A DNA stretch of 64,000 bases from assembly GCA_963713825.1 (NCBI GenBank), contig CAVQNG010000003.1, positions 320,001 through 384,000 on the forward strand, written 5' to 3'. Positions 62,014 through 64,000 of the stretch are shown here, piece by piece. The DNA is from an uncultured Acidobacteriota bacterium (GTDB lineage: Bacteria > Acidobacteriota > Thermoanaerobaculia > Multivoradales > JAHEKO01). The position numbers and the translations under genes were made by a program. The notes below the pieces were generated by a model, which made no database searches, was not told the DNA's origin, and was given only the letters and a program-made list of their open reading frames with translations. The first letter of the stretch is position 1, and every line of letters begins with the position of its first letter.

Positions 62014-62297
62014 TGTCGAACTCCTGTCCCTCTACCACTGGGTGCAATGTCCATCGCCTCCAGCCAGGTCTCGATTTCGCGGCCGAGCTCCATCATCAAG
62101 TCGGTGTACTCCTGCCGGCGATGGTTCCCCTCGGCCGCTGTCGATTTCTTCCAGCGATGGAGCGCCGCAACGCATCTGCGGTAGTCCTCGCACAGATCCC
62201 GGAAGGGTCGGCTCTCATGGAAGGCGTGCTCGACAAGCTGGTCCCTACCAGGAAACGAGCTCTGGATCAGTTTCAACGTGTCGAGTTCACGACTCAT
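62010..62297 (-). CDS. Small helical hypothetical protein
   Basis: FP....V.......FRDLCEDY..C..AL..W....EY.....EL..EI; stop overlaps the PafA start (ATGA). Confidence 0.7.
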   Translation of the reverse strand: MSRELDTLKLIQSSFPGRDQLVEHAFHESRPFRDLCEDYRRCVAALHRWKKSTAAEGNHRRQEYTDLMMELGREIETWLEAMDIAPSGRGTGVRQ

Positions 62298-62356
62298 GGC
62301 TCGGTCCTCATTCGGACCCATGCATCTCGGCCAAAGGTCAGAGCTCGACTGGAGCT

Positions 62357-62788
62357 CTAATCTTCGATGGCCTCCGGAGCGATGTTGGAGAAGGCCTGTA
62401 AAAGGGAACGTTCAACGACACCGGCAAGGAGCATGCTCGGATTCTCTTTGCAACGCCGGCCGATTTCGCTGTAGTACTCGACACGAAGCGCTTCCACATC
62501 CTCTGCAGAATGCCCATAGACATCCTCGATGTCGAGATCGTGGTTGAGAAAAGTGATCGCGCTCACCTTGTCCACGATCTCGATGTAGGTTTCTGGAACC
62601 TCTCCGGCCTCCACCCAGGCGGCTTCGCAACTCATATAGAGATACGGTCGGGCCAGCTCGACGTACTCTTCGGCGGTCAAGTACTCTTTCGTTGCTTCCT
62701 CCGAAGAACTCGAGGCTGGTATCAGCAGGACGAGTGCTACCGCGACGAGGGCCGGGGCGCACCACAGGATTTCGTTTCTGAACCTCAT
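62357..62788 (-). CDS. ymgD: YmgD/HdeA-like periplasmic protein with two Cys
   Basis: Signal peptide; YMSCEAA...EIV...DLDIE...RCKENPSMLL resembles E. coli YmgD as I recall it (YITCAEA...EIV...DLKIE...VCAKDPQMLL); GAGGAGG RBS. Confidence 0.65.
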   Translation of the reverse strand: MRFRNEILWCAPALVAVALVLLIPASSSSEEATKEYLTAEEYVELARPYLYMSCEAAWVEAGEVPETYIEIVDKVSAITFLNHDLDIEDVYGHSAEDVEALRVEYYSEIGRRCKENPSMLLAGVVERSLLQAFSNIAPEAIED

Positions 62789-62870
62789 AGCTACCTCCTC
62801 AATGGCTTTCAGGCGAATTCGTTTCAGGTTCAACCGCAGGTCTCTTTGGAGCGCAACCTGTCTCCCTTGC

Positions 62871-63242
62871 TCAATTCCCGTCCCTCTTGTCCTTGTCCTT
62901 TTCCTTGCCGATGATCGCGCCGGCAGCACCGGCGTAAATGGCTCCCTTCGCCGCCCCCTCGAGTCCGTCGCCCTTGAGCAGGCCTACCCCGGCGCCGATA
63001 GCCGCACCCTTCTTCGCGTAGTCCTGAGCCTTCTCTCTCTCTCCCTTGGTCGCCATCGCCCCGGCGCCCGCGCCGACCAGAGCTCCTTTGGCCGCTCCCG
63101 AGCTTCCACCGGTGAGCAGGCCCACCCCGGCGCCGATGGCGGCCCCTTTCCCTCTCTCGTCTTTCGCTCTCGACGGAGCAGGAATGGACACCGCTGCGAT
63201 CACCAGGATCAAGATGATGGCTAGTACAGTTCTACCGTGCAT
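62871..63242 (-). CDS. ymgG: YmgG-like glycine-zipper protein
   Basis: Signal peptide; KGAAIGAGVGLLTG, KGALVGAGAGA, GDGLEGAAKGAIYAGAAGAIIGK; GGAGG RBS. Confidence 0.75.
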   Translation of the reverse strand: MHGRTVLAIILILVIAAVSIPAPSRAKDERGKGAAIGAGVGLLTGGSSGAAKGALVGAGAGAMATKGEREKAQDYAKKGAAIGAGVGLLKGDGLEGAAKGAIYAGAAGAIIGKEKDKDKRDGN

Positions 63243-63497
63243 CTCTCGTCCTCCTTCCTGTTTTCGTATCGTCCGTTTCCAGAGCGTCGTGTCAGGAACC
63301 TCGAGCCTTCCTGGGAAACGGATCCGACACTGCGACCCAGGCTGTCTTTCGCCTGCGGTCTCGCGCTAGCTTTTCCGATGGACTGCAGTCTGGCTCGAAT
63401 CGAGCCGTCAGATAAGGGATTTAGGTTATCGAAGGGTAAACTAGGTGCTCCGTAGTCGAGTGCTCCACTCTGAACCGAGACTGGAAAAGGCCTGACG

Positions 63498-64000
63498 ATG
63501 GAGAAGGATTCGCCCAACCAACACTCAGCTCCTCGGGAGCCCCTTAGCGGGCTCTCCCACGATGCGATCGGCGAGCAGCTCGAGCGGATCCTCGGGAGCC
63601 GGGAGTTCCACGCCACGGAGAAGATGCACGACTTCCTGCGCTTCGTCGTCGAGGAGACTCTCGCCGGGCGAAAGAACCGCATCAAGGGATATACGATCGC
63701 GACCCAGGTTTTCGGGCGCAGCGACGACTTCGACGCCTCGCAGGACCCCATCGTCAGCATCCAGGCGGGCAGGCTGCGTCGCGCCCTCGAGCGCTACTAC
63801 CTGGTGGCAGGTGGGCGCGATCCGGTCATTATCTCTATCCCCAAAGGACACTACATTCCCCGCTTCGCGGCCCAGACAGTCGAGCTCGAGCGGAGAAAGG
63901 CAATCGGGCCTGCGAGGGGAAGTGTGGACGAGCCTGTGGCGGTCGGACCCTGCATCGCCGTGCTGCCGTTCGAGAACCTGACCGACGATGCGAGCCAGCT
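63498..64000 (+). CDS. N-terminal part of a TolB-like/TPR regulatory protein, truncated by the window edge
   Basis: My translation: QLERILGSREF...FLRFVVEETLAG..IKGYTIATQVFGR..FD...DPIVSIQAGRLRRALERYY...ISIPKGHYIPRF...IAVLPFENL. Confidence 0.88.
   Translation, partial: MEKDSPNQHSAPREPLSGLSHDAIGEQLERILGSREFHATEKMHDFLRFVVEETLAGRKNRIKGYTIATQVFGRSDDFDASQDPIVSIQAGRLRRALERYYLVAGGRDPVIISIPKGHYIPRFAAQTVELERRKAIGPARGSVDEPVAVGPCIAVLPFENLTDDASQ

Noticed and set aside
1-64000. tRNA, rRNA, integrase, transposase, prophage or defence-system genes
   Set aside because: None recognised by eye apart from the VapC fragment at the left edge; tRNAscan, Rfam and DefenseFinder runs would be needed to exclude them formally

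Overview
GC-rich, gene-dense 64 kb bacterial window. The gene content suggests an Acidobacteriota (Thermoanaerobaculia-like) chromosome, which is an inference from the Ser/Thr kinase-TolB-TPR protein, the secreted proteins ending in a FxDGFESGD tail, the PadR/HAAS pair and the many TPR proteins. About 50 CDS are supported, mostly envelope or secreted hydrolases, transporters and signalling proteins. I saw no rRNA, tRNA, CRISPR array, transposase or phage genes. Main points of interest: (1) three secreted 7-repeat (probable 7-bladed propeller) proteins with a shared C-terminal [IV][FY]xD[GD]FExG tail; two of them lie between a LolA-like/2xFtsX/ATPase/OM-barrel cassette and a divergent phosphodiesterase-TPR plus DUF2723 glycosyltransferase-TPR pair, a candidate export and modification system; (2) a ymgG-ymgD-small protein-PafA-arylsulfatase-DUF1254 run divergent from a TolB-like regulator; (3) a long structured leader upstream of the third propeller gene; (4) several palindromic operators and REP-like hairpins. 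About nine genes between 43.2 and 58.4 kb carry frameshifts, most likely sequencing or assembly indels. All family assignments come from motif recognition by eye; no database searches were run.
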